This document shows, one piece after another, positions 1 through 13,000 of a DNA stretch of 62,441 bases. Source of the DNA: Chara braunii (Eukaryota; Plantae; Charophyceae); contig BFEA01000028.1 of the NCBI GenBank assembly GCA_003427395.1, positions 918,662-981,102 on the forward strand, read 5' to 3'. Each line of letters opens with the position of its first letter. Position 1 is the stretch's first letter. The notes beneath the pieces were generated by a model that saw nothing but the letters and a program-made list of their open reading frames with translations, searched no databases and was not told the origin of the DNA. The position numbers and the translations under genes were made by a program.

Positions 1-3000
1 GGGGCCAGGCAATGCTGTCGATATCCCGGCTCATGAGTGTGGAATCTCGTTCCCAACGGCGCTTCACTAAATTTGTAGTGTCAATGGTTTTGTGTGTTTT
101 TCTGTAACAGTCCTTCACTGTGAATTTCCAGAATGGCAGTGGCTTAACCCCCTCCCAGTGCCATTCAGAGGGGTCAAAAGGGAGCTTGCACACAGAAACC
201 GATGACTCATACCCGTACCAATCTTCTTTGTCATCTCCAAGGACCCTGACTTTGATAAGGGCGGTCCAGGGCAGTGCAGTATCCAGTTCAACATTTCTTT
301 TAAGCGCAGTGAGTCGGGCGCCTGGCAATGTCGGCTCGTATGCCTCCAAATCCACATGCTGTTGCGCTCTATTGGTGACCTTGTAGATGACCATGGGTAG
401 GGGAAGCGACGCCACTGGCACCACCCAGTCTCACTTTTCAGGTTGCGGTCCTTGTTTGAGGGCTCGCAGCCAGGCTACCGGGACAGCTTCGAGGAGGGTG
501 TTGAGCTTGCCCTCTAAATCTTTGATGTTCTTTAGTTGCTGTCGTATTTGGGTATCTGATTTCCAGCTTGCTGCCGATATGTCCCATAAGTCTCCTAGAG
601 AGAATATCCCTTTCTTTACCCAGGAGAGCCAGTGGGACCCTTGCTTGACTGAGAAAGGTCGGCCCTGGGCATCCAGGATTTGCGGGTTCCCAAACCACGG
701 TTGCCTCCATATCTCGTGCCACCTTGTCGGCGGCAGGATTTTCTTGGGTCCGATGTCTCTCCAGAGTGCCACAAGGGATGCCCACATAGGGTCATTAGCG
801 AGGTCTGTCCTCGCTGCCATGTCATGAGTGACAGCAACGGTTGTTCTTGGAGTCGTAGGTATCGACCAGGCCGGGTTCGTTAGCCATGTCAGTGGGTGGA
901 TTGGGGTTTCCGGCGGTGTTGGTGGTGCCAGACAGTTGAGTTGAATGTGTGCAAGGGGGGCCCATGGGAGGTCGTCTGCCATTAGTAGTCTCACGATGAC
1001 TTTGAAGACCAGGGCCTTGATTTGGTCTTCTGGGTCTATAATTCCCAGGCTCTCTTTGGCTCTTGGCTGGGCCACTTGGGCCCATACCACTCTCTTTATG
1101 CAGTTCCTCAGTTCGTGATCATTCGTCCATAGGTATGCTGCAACTGCAGATTTCAACAGTGTTATTTGGCGTGGTAGGAGAGTCCAGAAAGCCGTCTTAT
1201 ACCAAATAATAGACAAGATAGCGTTGTTGATGGCCAAGGCTCTGCCCACTATTGAGGTGTGCAGGCCCTTCCATTTGGCCATGGCGTGAATTGCTGTTTG
1301 AACTAGGTGGTCTCCATGGTCTTTGGGAGGGCCAAGAGCTGTTAGTCTTATCCCCAAGATGCTGATGGCGTCCTCTTCTGTTCGCCAGTTAACTGGGGGC
1401 TCTTCCGGCGGAAGGTCCGCCGTGTGGAGCCACCAGCCTTCCGTTTTGGCACCCTAGTTGACTTTCATATCTGCAGCAATGGAGAAGACATGAATTGTGT
1501 GTGTGAGCGCTTGCATACTAGCTTTGGATGCTTTGATAAGCACGGTGAGATCATCCGCGAACAATGAGGTGACCGGTAATTTGTGTGTAGGGATCTCTGG
1601 GATGGAGATCCGCTCTATAGCAGGGTTGGCTCGTATAAGTGCAGCCAAGGTCTCCATGACGATAACGAAGAGAAGCGGGGCGATCGGGTCTCCTTGTCTT
1701 ACCGACCTTTGCAGCGGAAAGGGCTGTGAGAGGTGACCATTTAGCATGATGTTCGTCGNTGCNGAGTGGTGCAATGTGTGGACCCAGTGTCTGAACTCTG
1801 GACCAAAGTTCATCTTGTCTAGGCACAGATCTAAGAACCGCCAATCCACATGATCGTAGGCCTTTTTGAAGTCAATGAAAAGGATCGCGCTTCCACCTGT
1901 CTCTGTCTTGCATATTTGATTGTCTCATTGACCAACAAGACGTTATCTTGGATGTTCCTATGGGGCATGAATCCTGTTTGGTCCATGTGGATGAGGTGGT
2001 GCATGCAGGGTAGGAGTCTGTTACATAGTGCTTTAGCCACCATCTTGTATGGTAAGGGGAGGAGGGTGATTGGGCGATAGTTTCTGATTTCTGCTCGATC
2101 TCCTTTCTTATACAGTAAGGTGGTTACTCCTTGCCCCATGAGGTCCCCTAGACGTCCTTCTTGCTGGGCCACGTGTATGTAAGACACCAAGTCTGGGCCC
2201 AGAGGTTCCCAAAAGTGGATCCAGAATTCTTTCGGAAAGCCATCCAGGCCTGTTTTTTTTTCATCATCCATGGATTCTAGCGTCGCGTGGATCTCCTGCG
2301 AAGTAAGAGGTGCGTCTAGAGCCTGCCTCTGCTGGTGGGAGAGCAGGGCTGACAGGTTCTGGAGCATAGTATCCCTGGCCTGAAGCAAAGTTTCGTCACC
2401 CCAATGTGCATTTTCAGGCGTGAAAAGTTTATTGTAGTAAAGTGTGGCGTAATCCACTATTTTGTAAGCATTTGTGGCGTCCGGCTGGTGTGAGTCGAAA
2501 GGATGGTGCAGCTCCGCCACGAGGCTTTGCCTTGCCCTGCTCCTGGCTTTATTGAAAAAGGCCCTGGCCATCATCCCTTCTGTGTCCGCTTTTCGAATCC
2601 GGGCCTGGATCCTCCATTTCTCTGCTTGGTGGTCAAGGTGGGCCCGTAGGTGATCTCTAGCGTTTTGAAGTTGCGAAAAGATTTGTGGATCCAACGGTTG
2701 TTCAAGTAGTTGTTGGTCCCATTGTTCAAGGGTGTGTAGCAGGCCGTCCAAGGTGGCTTTTCGGTCTCTTGCATGTTTAATTGAGAATTTTTTAATTAGC
2801 CCCCTGAGATTGGCCATGCCTATATTGAACCAGTCCACCAATGAAGCATGTGCCTTTTTCTGAGTCACCCAGTACGTATAGTATTCCACTACCAGCTGAT
2901 GGAGCGATTGTAATTTAAGCAATGAGGTATTGAATTTATAGAAGTTAGGGCCTCGTGATAGCTTGTGATGAAACGAGAGACCCAATACTATTCCTCTGTG

Positions 3001-3072
3001 ATCAAATGATCTGCAGGGACTGATAGTTTGGATTTTTATCACTGTTACCAGTCCCGTGAGGGGTTGTGATAT
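1..3072 (-). mobile_element. L1/Tx1-clade LINE copy A, 5'-truncated, decayed ORF2 (end of APE endonuclease, RT, post-RT region); runs off the window start
   Basis: ORF fragments 1831..3042 (FDH..., RGPNFYKFNTSLL, GLDGF, NYRPITLL, DQTGF), 1454..1849 (SVRQGDPIAP, LFADD) and 431..1357 (LGIIDP) are collinear LINE ORF2 motifs broken by frameshifts. Confidence 0.93.
1454..3042 (-). pseudogene. LINE ORF2 reverse transcriptase, frameshifted
   Basis: RT motifs YRPITLL, QTGF, DFKKAYDHVDW (across a frameshift near 1850-1890), QGDP and FADD. Confidence 0.9.
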
Positions 3073-3468
3073 GTTGCTCTTACCAGTGCCTTGAATGGTG
3101 AGTCTGATGCCCGAATTAGAACAGTCAGATCATCAGCAAACATAGTTTCTGTGGGGAATTTAATGTGATTTTTTTTTTTTTTTTAACAAAGAAGACCCCT
3201 TTATTTTATGGGGGGGACCAATCCAGTTGCTTATCACCGGCAAGCATATAGTACAAAGATGCAGCTCAGGGTAGGGATGTTGCAAAAGAAGGGTGAAAAA
3301 GGTGGTGGCAGGGGCAACGTACCTCATAATGCTGCCCCCAACCACAAATTTCTTACCAGTTGACCCGACGTGCATTTATGATGACCGGTCGTTGCCTCNN
3401 NNNNNNNNNNNNNNNNNNNNNNNNNNNNNNNNNNNNNNNNNNNNNNNNNNNNNNNNNNNNNNNNNNNN

Positions 3469-5460
3469 TTTTTTTTTTTTTTGAAATGGGAACAAGGCTC
3501 CAATCTATTCGTGGGGAGCAGCACGTGCTGCGAACCGGGCCCAGCGTCCCATATGGAGATTTACATCGAATTTTGAAAATTTGAGATACCGGGGCCATTA
3601 CCCGGCTTAAATTACTACAACAAACTTCAAAATTGGATGAAATTCAGAAAACAACTCAGGAGCCCCCCATCAATCCTCTTTTACCTCACTCTGGCAAGAC
3701 TTACTGCAACAGAGCCACCATCTCCGTTGCTGTTGTACCCTATTTCCATCCTACCAGCTAGCCCCCGCACTAGTAGGACGCTTGATATCCCACCATCTAT
3801 TTCTCCCACTCACCTAAAAGACTCAAACACCCCCAATCCGTCCCCTGTACCCAACTCCGGAAAGACTTACTGTAGCAGAGCCACCATCTCCGCTGCTGCT
3901 GTACCCTATTCCCGTCCTACCAGCTAGCTCCCTTACTAGTAGGACGCGTAATATCCCACCTTCTCCTTGTCCAACTTACCTCGGTCCCTTAAGAAAACGT
4001 CTGAGCAGTACGAAAAACATGGGAATAGACCTCATGGGTCCTACAAATGCTAAAAAACCCTTGAAATCCCTGGCAAACACTTCCAAGGCATTCCAACACT
4101 GTCCTACTCCCTGCCGAGCTCTTCCAGGTCTCACATCCTGCTTGGTTACAGGGCAACACAACTCACCCCAGCTCCGACCAGCGTCGTCCCAGCAGCAACC
4201 CTTAGTTGTCCCGTGGGATTCCCACCCCAAAGCATCCCCAGATCTCTCTACTAGGCCTCACGCTCCTGCATCAGCAGGTCACAGGGCAACACCCCAACAC
4301 CGGCCAGCGTCCTTCTGGCGTCGAACAGCCGCAGGTCACTGAGTATAACAACATCTAAGCCACCTAAGAAGAGTTGCTAGGAATCCCCAGAGTCCAAAAA
4401 CATTCTTAAGACCACCAATCAGCCCCCCCCTTTTTTTTTTGATGAAACCAATAAAAACAGACTTCCACTATTCGTCTTTCTTCGACGAGCCGACCTCCTC
4501 CACCACATAGTTCGAGGAAGAAAAATAGAAGTAGTCCGCCAAAAAACTTTTGAGTGAATTTTATGAGCCAGCGACAATCAACGGAACCAACTTCCCTTCA
4601 ACCCCCTACTTTTCTTCATCCCTCGACGAGCCGACCTCCTCCACCACATAGTTCGCGGGATGAGAACAGCAGTCACAACCACACACCTTCCTCAACACAT
4701 TCCTCCTCTTACAGACGAGCCGACCTCCTCCACCCATAGTTCGCAAGAGGAGAAATGGTAGAAATCAGGTGAACACCCTCACCCTAGTAAGTGCAGCACC
4801 ACACCTCCTCGAAACACCTGGCTCATAAAACGTAGGCAAGCAACTCATAAATCAGAAGGTTATGAAAACCAAGTAGTCATATAAGGCATATTAATCCCAC
4901 AAGAAGAGAGGACGGAAGGGAAGTTGTTCACTACCCATGGAAATTCCTACGCCTATTCCCATCTTCGCTGAAGGTAAAGGCTCACAAGAACCGAGTGGCT
5001 TACTCCCCCCCCACACAAAACGACCTCCTGCCCTTTCACTGCCTTCACTGGAAGATGCCCCCTCACCTTCCAGCCCCAGTTCAGAGCAGCCCCGTAAATC
5101 TCTCCTGCTCCCTCGGCAGCATACAATACCTCCTAGAGTACGCCCCCGCAGAGACGAAGATCACCCTTCCCTCATGTCCCACCCCCTCCAAGTGAAACAC
5201 CTAGCAACCTCTCACCTTGCTGAAGCCAGCATTGAACCTTTGTCCTCTCTCTTAACCGCCTTAGCTGATCCAACCCAAATCAGCCTGACCCAAAAGAGAA
5301 CAAACCCACAAACCACCCCTACCCTCTCAAGGATCACACCTCCCACCTTGCATAACCCTCGCAGGGTGGGGCTCAACCCTGGAGGAGCGAGTTCAATCAG
5401 CACCTATGAGCCCAAATCCTACGGTATCGCAGCGTGAGACTCAGTTATGACCCACTTTTT
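3469..5460 (-). mobile_element. Poly(A)-tailed non-coding retroelement or long LINE 3' UTR that shares its 3' motif with LINE C; 5' boundary uncertain
   Basis: Poly-T at ~3469-3482. 3495-3555 is homologous to 24775-24835 (LINE C 3' UTR). 4260-4415 recurs at 16973-17130. Confidence 0.5.
3695..3960. repeat. Direct duplication of a ~100-bp block, ~166-bp spacing
   Basis: aagacttactg..agagccaccatctccg...ctagtaggacgc..atatcccacc at ~3696 and ~3862. Confidence 0.85.
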
Positions 5461-5637
5461 GAAGATCCCCCAAACAGATAAACTCTAATATCTAATCGGA
5501 TATCGAATTCAAGATATAAGAGCACATACTAATATAAGGTAGAATAACATAAACTTGAGCTTACTAAAATAGGGAAACACGACAAATTAAGAATTTCACT
5601 CTCAGGCGAGTCGAAACATCAAGAAAAAACTAGCAAA

Positions 5638-5950
5638 TTCACGAGACCATTGGAAATCTAAAAGGTTAGAAATCATTATTCGAGATCCGAGACGAAGCTC
5701 TAATTTACGATGGTCAATATGAAAAGAACAAATCGAGAATTATTCGAAAAATTTTGAGATCATTCATGAGTCCACTGTCTTGAATAAGGTACATGGATTA
5801 TTTTTCACGAGTTCATTGAGAATCTAAAAAGTTAGAAAACATTATTCGAGATCAGAAACGAAACTTTGATTTATGATCATTAACATGAAAAGATCGAATC
5901 GAGAATTATTCGGAAAATTTTGAAATCATTCATGAGCCTGCTGTCTTGAA
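5638..5950. repeat. Diverged AT-rich tandem duplication, ~165-bp unit
   Basis: ttcacgag...aatctaaaa.gttagaaa.cattattcgagatc...gagaattattcg...tcattcatgag...ctgtcttgaat at ~5638 and ~5803. Confidence 0.85.
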
Positions 5951-6740
5951 TCAGACTTGAATTGAAAGCCTAAAGCTACCTTTCATGAGAAATCCAAAAG
6001 ATTCAAAAATTAGATTCGAAACCTAGAGATTATAATCAAAACTCGAATTTACAATCATCTGAAAATCGAAATTGAGTTACTATCTTGAAGCTACCTCCCT
6101 AAAAAACGAGATAAAAACGAAAAAACGGAGGTCACTCAAGCCATGAAGATCAACAAGCATCAGCACAACCCACTATACAATGCAGCTCCACCTCAGCTTA
6201 AATGCCACGTCAGCTAGTTCTCATCACACAGCATACACCCCTATGTCACCACATAGCCTTCCAGGCGCACCCACAGGACACTGGACTGTTGATCATTCTA
6301 GCGCGATAGCCATATCATTGTCGTGCATGGTCATGGCACCGCACCAAATCAACCAATGCGTTGGAGCCAGATGAGTGGTTCCAACCAGCTCCGGTACCAA
6401 ATTGCAACGAAAATGAGCAAGAGCGAAATGACAGAGTTCCAAATTGCAACATCACATTGAAAGCCAGATAGTAGTGAGCTGTCTAGAAAGCAGAAATGCA
6501 CCAATATTGCACCAAAGGAGACCAAAACAACGAACTCAATTGTCAATGTTAGCCCTTGTCTCGCCACCATCAACAATGCGCCCAACGTCTTTCCTCCTAC
6601 TCAACACTCAGCCCCCAGACTACGATCACATAGCTCCTAATCTAGTCTACACTAATCACAACACAACCGAAAACTTCAGCAGCAGGAACCATAGCACGTA
6701 CAAATGTCGCCCATGCAGACCTCCATGACGAACCAGGTAC

Positions 6741-6743
<3 letters not shown>

Positions 6744-6826
<83 letters not shown>
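6744..6826. repeat. (CT)n microsatellite
   Basis: Directly visible. Confidence 0.98.
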
Positions 6827-6830
<4 letters not shown>

Positions 6831-6884
6831 TCACCCCACACTCATCTTCCACCCGAAAACCACCACCATACCCTGCTGACCTTT

Positions 6885-7050
6885 GTTCCCATGCCCGACT
6901 TTGGCTGGGAACTGGCACTGTATCCTTCAGCGCCCACCATCTCACTGCTAGCGGTTGTGAGCGCTCTTTCCAGCACCGCTGCAGCACAACATACAAATGC
7001 CCGAATTACTGAAAGGTAGGAGGGCACTTTCCTATATGGAAAGTGCTTGC
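6885..7050 (+). pseudogene. Possible hAT transposase C-terminal dimerisation-domain remnant
   Basis: LTASGCERSF is in frame. With small frameshifts it is flanked by CPTLA/ELAL upstream and TAAAQHTNAR downstream, resembling the hATC motif P.LA.LA..L....SAS.ERSFS......T..R. Confidence 0.4.
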
Positions 7051-7676
7051 CTGGGCCTTGCCACCTTGAGCCCAGTAACTTCACATTGGGCCACAGTATC
7101 TGCACCTAGGCCCAATTCAGACAGCGTCCTGGGACCGAAACAGTCAAGTGCGCCCAACTGTACAACGTGGCCTGGGTCACTTGCTGCATCCTGATAGGCC
7201 GAAAAGCCTTCTCCCACGTCGTGCCTGGAAGAGCCTAGAAGGCTCACCAACCTGTGGTTGGACATCATGCAGGGCCCTTCAACCAAGTGGCGCCCAGTAA
7301 CTGTCTGACGCCCCCCAAAGACCCCGAAAATGTCAAGCTTACGCCTCTTGGAGAACTGTATAGGCCCGCCTGCACTTAGGGCGGGCACTTTGCTTGTAGT
7401 GGGGCACCTCAAGATCCTGCCGAGGACTGTTATCCTCCCACTTTCTTTTTCATTTTAGAAGGAGACTACCTTGAGACATCGTCGTTGAACTGGCAGCCCC
7501 AGATAATTCAGAAGGAATTTTGTTCTGCTCATCTGATCGTGATTGGATTCGAAATTGGGTCTGTATTTCAACAATTCGTAGGTGTACCGACTGAGGTAGG
7601 CTCATGGGTTCATGGGTTCTTGCCTCAATTTTGATTCTCAAGTTTGCCTGGGAGATGTTTGCAGCCCGTCAGGGGT

Positions 7677-7935
7677 GCGTTTTGCACCCCTGAGTCTATT
7701 TTTCGTCATTTGGCCATACTAGTCGTCCGTTCGGGTCCAAATGGTAATTGGAAGGGTGATGAATTTGTTGGGGGGGCAATTTATTGGGAACGGCCAGTTC
7801 CCCGTCAGGTTGCATTTTATACCCCTAAGTCAAATTTTCACCGTTTGGTCATACCAGTCATCCGTTTGAGTCCAAATGGTAGTTAGAAGGGTGGTGAATT
7901 TGCTGGGGGGGGAATTCATGGGGAACGGGCAGTTG
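7677..7935. repeat. Tandem duplication, ~135-bp unit
   Basis: gc.tttt..acccct.agtc...gtccaaatggta.tt.gaagggtg.tgaatttg.tggggggg...gggaacgg.cagtt occurs twice. Confidence 0.8.
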
Positions 7936-8210
7936 TTGCTTGCGAAGGACTGGTAGCTGCCCGTAAGAGGCCGAGGAGGCCGCAGTCCTTGAGTTGAACA
8001 TTTCAAAATCGAAACGAAGTGGGTCCACTTTTCTCGAATAGACAGGCACTTCGAATAGACCACATACATGCTCTATTTGACTACAACTCACATTTCTTTT
8101 ATTCAAATTTCGAATAGGAAAAACTCTTGTATTCGAAACAACATTGCCTTTTTTTTTTTTTGAGGTTAGTGTTGTCCTTGTGCTCCCCACCACTGACATG
8201 CTGCATGCTG

Positions 8211-8244
<34 letters not shown>

Positions 8245-10034
8245 NNNNNNNNNNNNNNNNNNNNNNNNNNNNNNNNNNNNNNNNNNNNNNNNNNNNNNNN
8301 NNNNNNNNNNNNNNNNNNNNNNNNNNNNNNNNNNNNNNNNNNNNNNNNNNNNNNNNNNNNNNNNNNNNNNNNNNNNNNNNNNNNNNNNNNNNNNNNNNNN
8401 NNNNNNNNNNNNNNNNNNNNNNNNNNNNNNNNNNNNNNNNNNNNNNNNNNNNNNNNNNNNNNNNNNNNNNNNNNNNNNNNNNNNNNNNNNNNNNNNNNNN
8501 NNNNNNGGGTTCAACCTCCTGATGAGTTTGTGAAAGTCCCACGAAACAGTCTGGTACAGTCATGCTTTTTTTGACTACATAGCCAATATGACAACACACA
8601 CTATAGCGGACCCACCAGGTGTGGTGCTCCGCCTGGGATGATGATGGAGATGGAGGATGAGGGAGGAGCGAGATGGCACAACGCAACTCCCGCACAAGAC
8701 TCCAGCGCACGTACTCCAAAACTGTGCGAATGTAGAACGATCACGAAAACAGACAACTGTTGGGGTATACCCCAGCGGACTGACGGGATTGGACTGGACT
8801 GGCTGGTACCGACAGGGGTACCGGCCTAGACTGGACTGGACTGCCCCTGAATAAAACACAGGCCTGTGAGAACAGGCCAAGGGGCTGGTCTCACAGGCCA
8901 ACCAGAGGTCCGCTACACGATCCTCGGCCTGTGATGGATCGCCTAGATACAAGCACGCTTCCGCCAAGAAGCGGAACTCTACCAAAGAAAAAGAAAACCT
9001 GAGTAGTCTAGGATGCGGAGCAAGTTCCATGCTGAGTCCATGCGATGCAACCTAGGATAGAAAATGTCACAAAACAGCAATGTCACAGCTAACAACCTAA
9101 GTGAAAGCAGAAGCAACTAACTAGCATACATGTCCTAGGAAAGCAGTACTTGAAGTAGTGACAACTAGATCCTAGAATGTTGGAGGCAGTAGCCTCAGTC
9201 TGGGAACAACTGACTAGTATATAAGTCCTAAGAACAGCAAAAGCAGAACAACTAAATCCTAGAAATGTCAGAGGCAGTAGCCTCAGTCTGAGAGCAACAA
9301 GCAACAACAAGACAACCATATGTCATAGGAGATGTGTGTCGCAAACCAAAGGGTGGGATGGTCTCTGAGGGTGGCGAATGCAGCCTAGGGGTCGAAAACT
9401 CCTAAGGGCATCCACGCATAGTGATAGGGATACACATGTCATCAGGCTCAATGAGGGTAGGGAACTGGGAGCGAACAAAACCAATGACCCTAACAGATAC
9501 ACCATCAGGGCGGGTAATGCTCGACTAAAGGGGTGACCGCTGTGGAGGGTCGACCATGCAAGGGAACAAGGAAGCCTGGTATATTGGGCGCACCTAGATG
9601 AAGCATGCAAGGCTGCCTAACTAGGGCGTGAGGGCCTGCAGAGGGTAGAAAGATGATAGGTAAGGGAATCATGCAAGTGACTCCTAAAGTGAGGGAAGTC
9701 GGAGCTAGATCCGTAAGACGGGAAGCCAGGGCAACGCTACGGTCTCGATGCCTATGTGTATACCAAGGGAGAGCCCAACTCAGAGGAACCCGACTAAAGG
9801 GGAGACCATCATGCGACACGACAAGGGTACTGTATAGGGTAAAGTGGTAGGAGAGTGATGACGTCTGAAGTAGGTAAGGCAGATCGTGACGAAGTCCATG
9901 AAGCTACCGATGACGTCCACGATGAGAAGTCCGGAATGTCGTTGATGAAGAGCCGCAACGTCGACGAGCTGAAGTAGCAAAACTGATGTGGATGGAGTAC
10001 TGAGAAGTCAAAGACGTGGGGAGGTAAGTCAGAG

Positions 10035-13000
10035 TCAATCGTCGTATCGAGCAGGACGACGACGAGTGCGCTGTGGACGCTCAGAAGCATCCGGCTGCTG
10101 CTGAAAGTCTGCCTCAGATGGAGCAGGCTCGAATTCAGCTATCTCCTCAGCCGAGGGAGAAGGAGGAGGGTCAGTGGGCTGAGGGGGAGCAGTCGACCCA
10201 GCACGACGGACACGGTCATAGGCACGCACCAACATGCGAGCGTGCTGCAAGTTCTCGAGGGGCTCCCAGGTAGCCTCCTCACCAGGGTACCCCTTCCAAC
10301 GTACGAGATACTCGACATGGGGAGGGTTGTCGTCGGTGACTCGACGACCAATGATGTCTGAAACGAGGAACTCCTCGTGGTCGTCCACCATGATGGGTGG
10401 AGGGCGCTCGTATGGTCGTCCGGCGAAACGCTCAAACGGTCTGCGGTAGGGACGCAGTAACGAGACGTGGTAGACATCGTGCACACGAGCCTGGCGTAGG
10501 TAGTCGGGCAGCTTCACACGGAAGCTGACTGGGCTAGAAGCCGTATCAAAACCCACGGCCTGGAGGATGCGGCATGGGCCAAAGAAGCGATGTCGAAACT
10601 TGCGAAGCGTGTGCGCTTCGAGCTGTAAGTGGCGGGCGTCGATAAGCACATCATCACCGACTTTGAATGAGTGATCCATCCTCGATCGGTTCGCACGTGC
10701 GGCCATGCGAGTCTCGAAAGCGGCTATGTGCTCATGTGTGGTCTTCATGATCGACGTCATGTGTGCAACCCAATCATCCAGCGTGGGACAACTCGTGTCG
10801 GGGTGCATCTGTGACGGTCGAAGGAAGTCCGCGGGAACACGAGGGTGATAGCCGAGGTTGCAATAGTAAGGCTACATCCCGATGGTCGGCGAGACGGCGT
10901 GGTTGTATGCTATCTCCGCGTGGGCGAGATGGAGATCCCACTGCTGGTCGTCACGAACAATCTTTCGGAGAATATCTCCGAGAGTCTTGTTCGTGACCTC
11001 GGTCTGACCATCAGTCTGAGGATGGTAAGACGAGGAGAAGCGGAGCTGAGTGTCATACACCTCGTGGAGCCGTCGCCAGAATCGGCTGGTAAAACGCGGG
11101 TCACGGTCAGATATGATGCTCAGAGGTAAGCAGTGGTCACGCACGACTCGGTCAAACACGATGTCGGCGACCTCACGTGCACTGATGGCATAGCGGCACG
11201 GAACAAAGCGTGCACGCTTTGTGCAGCAGTCGACGATGACCAGGATAGCATCATGACCGCGAGGGGTCGGAGGACGAAGAGGACCGATAAAGTCCATCGA
11301 GATGGACTGCCAACGACCCTCAGGGATAGGAAGAGGGTGGAGCAGACCATAAGGAAGGTGGTTCGCACTGTTCACCTCTTGACAGGTGGGACACTCTGCG
11401 ATGTAGTCCTTCACAAAGTCCTTACGCTTCGGCCAGACGTACAGGCGGCTCACACGAGCCAACGTCTTGTGGAAGCCCATATGACCGGCGACTGCCTGGT
11501 CATGAAACTCTGCTACTGCTCGGACACGTAGTTGTCCAGTGGAGGGAACGCAAATACGGGGCTCTCTGGTGCCCTTTGAACTGTGTCAGTACACAAGACC
11601 GTTGGCCCCGAGAGAGTAGTTTGGGACGGTCTTGCCACTCCGAAGGGTCACGTGGATGTCGCGATAGTCGGGGCAGTGGCGGTACTGAGTGCGAAAGTGG
11701 TGACCGAGATGGAAGAGAGCTGGATCTGCTCCTGGTCGTGGTCAGGGCACTGGGATAAGGCATCTGCGACCCGATTAGTCTCACCTTTGATGTGCTCAGT
11801 GGTGAAACTAAACTCGGATAGGCCGCGCCACCAGCGAGCCTGTCGAGGAGTGAGCTTCGACTTTGTCAGAAAAGCCTGGACAACAGAGTTGTCCGTACGC
11901 ACCGTGAACGGTGCCCCGTGCAGGTAGTGACGCCAGTGCCGAGAGGCATAAACTACTGCGAGAACCTCACGTTCATCTGCGGTGTAGTTTATCTCGGCGG
12001 GCAGGAGCTGACGGGAGTAGAAGGCTATCGGACAATCACCTGAGCGAGACTCGATAGTGCCGTCCTCGGCGATGGTAGGCGAATAGTCAATAGAAGGCTC
12101 GTCAGTAGCTAGACGAGTAGGCGTCAGCCGGGAAGCAGTGGTAGGGGTAGGTGGTGGGAAGCGAGGGATACGAGGATGAAAGGAATCAGGAGAGGAGGGG
12201 AAGATCTGAGAAAGCATTGCTCCTACGGCAAAGTCTGACGCATCGGTGGTCAGGATAAAAGGGCGGTCAAAATTGGGTACGTAAAGAACTGGTGCGTATG
12301 TCACCGTCTTCTTGAGGGCGCGAAAGGCGTCCTCGTGGAGGGGTGTCCAAGCCCAGGGTGGGTTCTTCCGGAGGAGGGTGAAGGTAAGGAAGTAGGAATA
12401 TCTAGCGTATCCCTGGATGAAATTACTATAGTAGTTGGTAAGGCCTAGGAAGCTGCGAAGCTGCTTGGCGGATGTGGGGACGGGCCACTCCGCGATAGCA
12501 GTGATCTTCTCGTCGTCCATGTGGAGACCCTGGTCAGACACGTAGTGTCCTATGAAATCCACTTTGTGCTAGGCAAAGCGACACTTGCTCAGCTTGGCGT
12601 GAAAGCCATGTCTGCGCAAGCGGTCAAGGACGTCGCGGAGGTGTCTGAGGTGCTCCTCAAGGGTACGACTGTAGACCAGGATATCGTCGAGGTAGACGAG
12701 AACGTACTGCTCCAGGATGTCCCTGAAGATGTCGTTCATCGCCCTCTGAAAGGTAGCGGGTGCGTTGGTGAGGCCGAATGGCATCACCGTGAACTCGTAG
12801 TGACCGAAGCGCGATCGGAACGTTGTCTTCGGCTGGTCGGCTGCAGCAACGTGGATCTGATGGTAACCGCTACGAAGATCAACCTTCGTAAAGAAGCGGT
12901 TGCCTGCTAGGCGGTCGAACAACTCGTCGGAACGAGGCATGGGGTAGCTGTTCTTAACCGTGTAGCGGTTGAGGCCGCAATAGTCGATGCGGAGACGGAG

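Noticed and set aside
3495-3550. HDV-like P4-CGAA pattern on the plus strand
   Set aside because: There is no P1 or canonical L3, and the CGAA is not conserved in the homologous LINE C copy.
8510-8565. Hammerhead-like CTGATGA...GAAAC...GTA
   Set aside because: Stem II has only 2 bp, and the flanks that should form stem I are not complementary.
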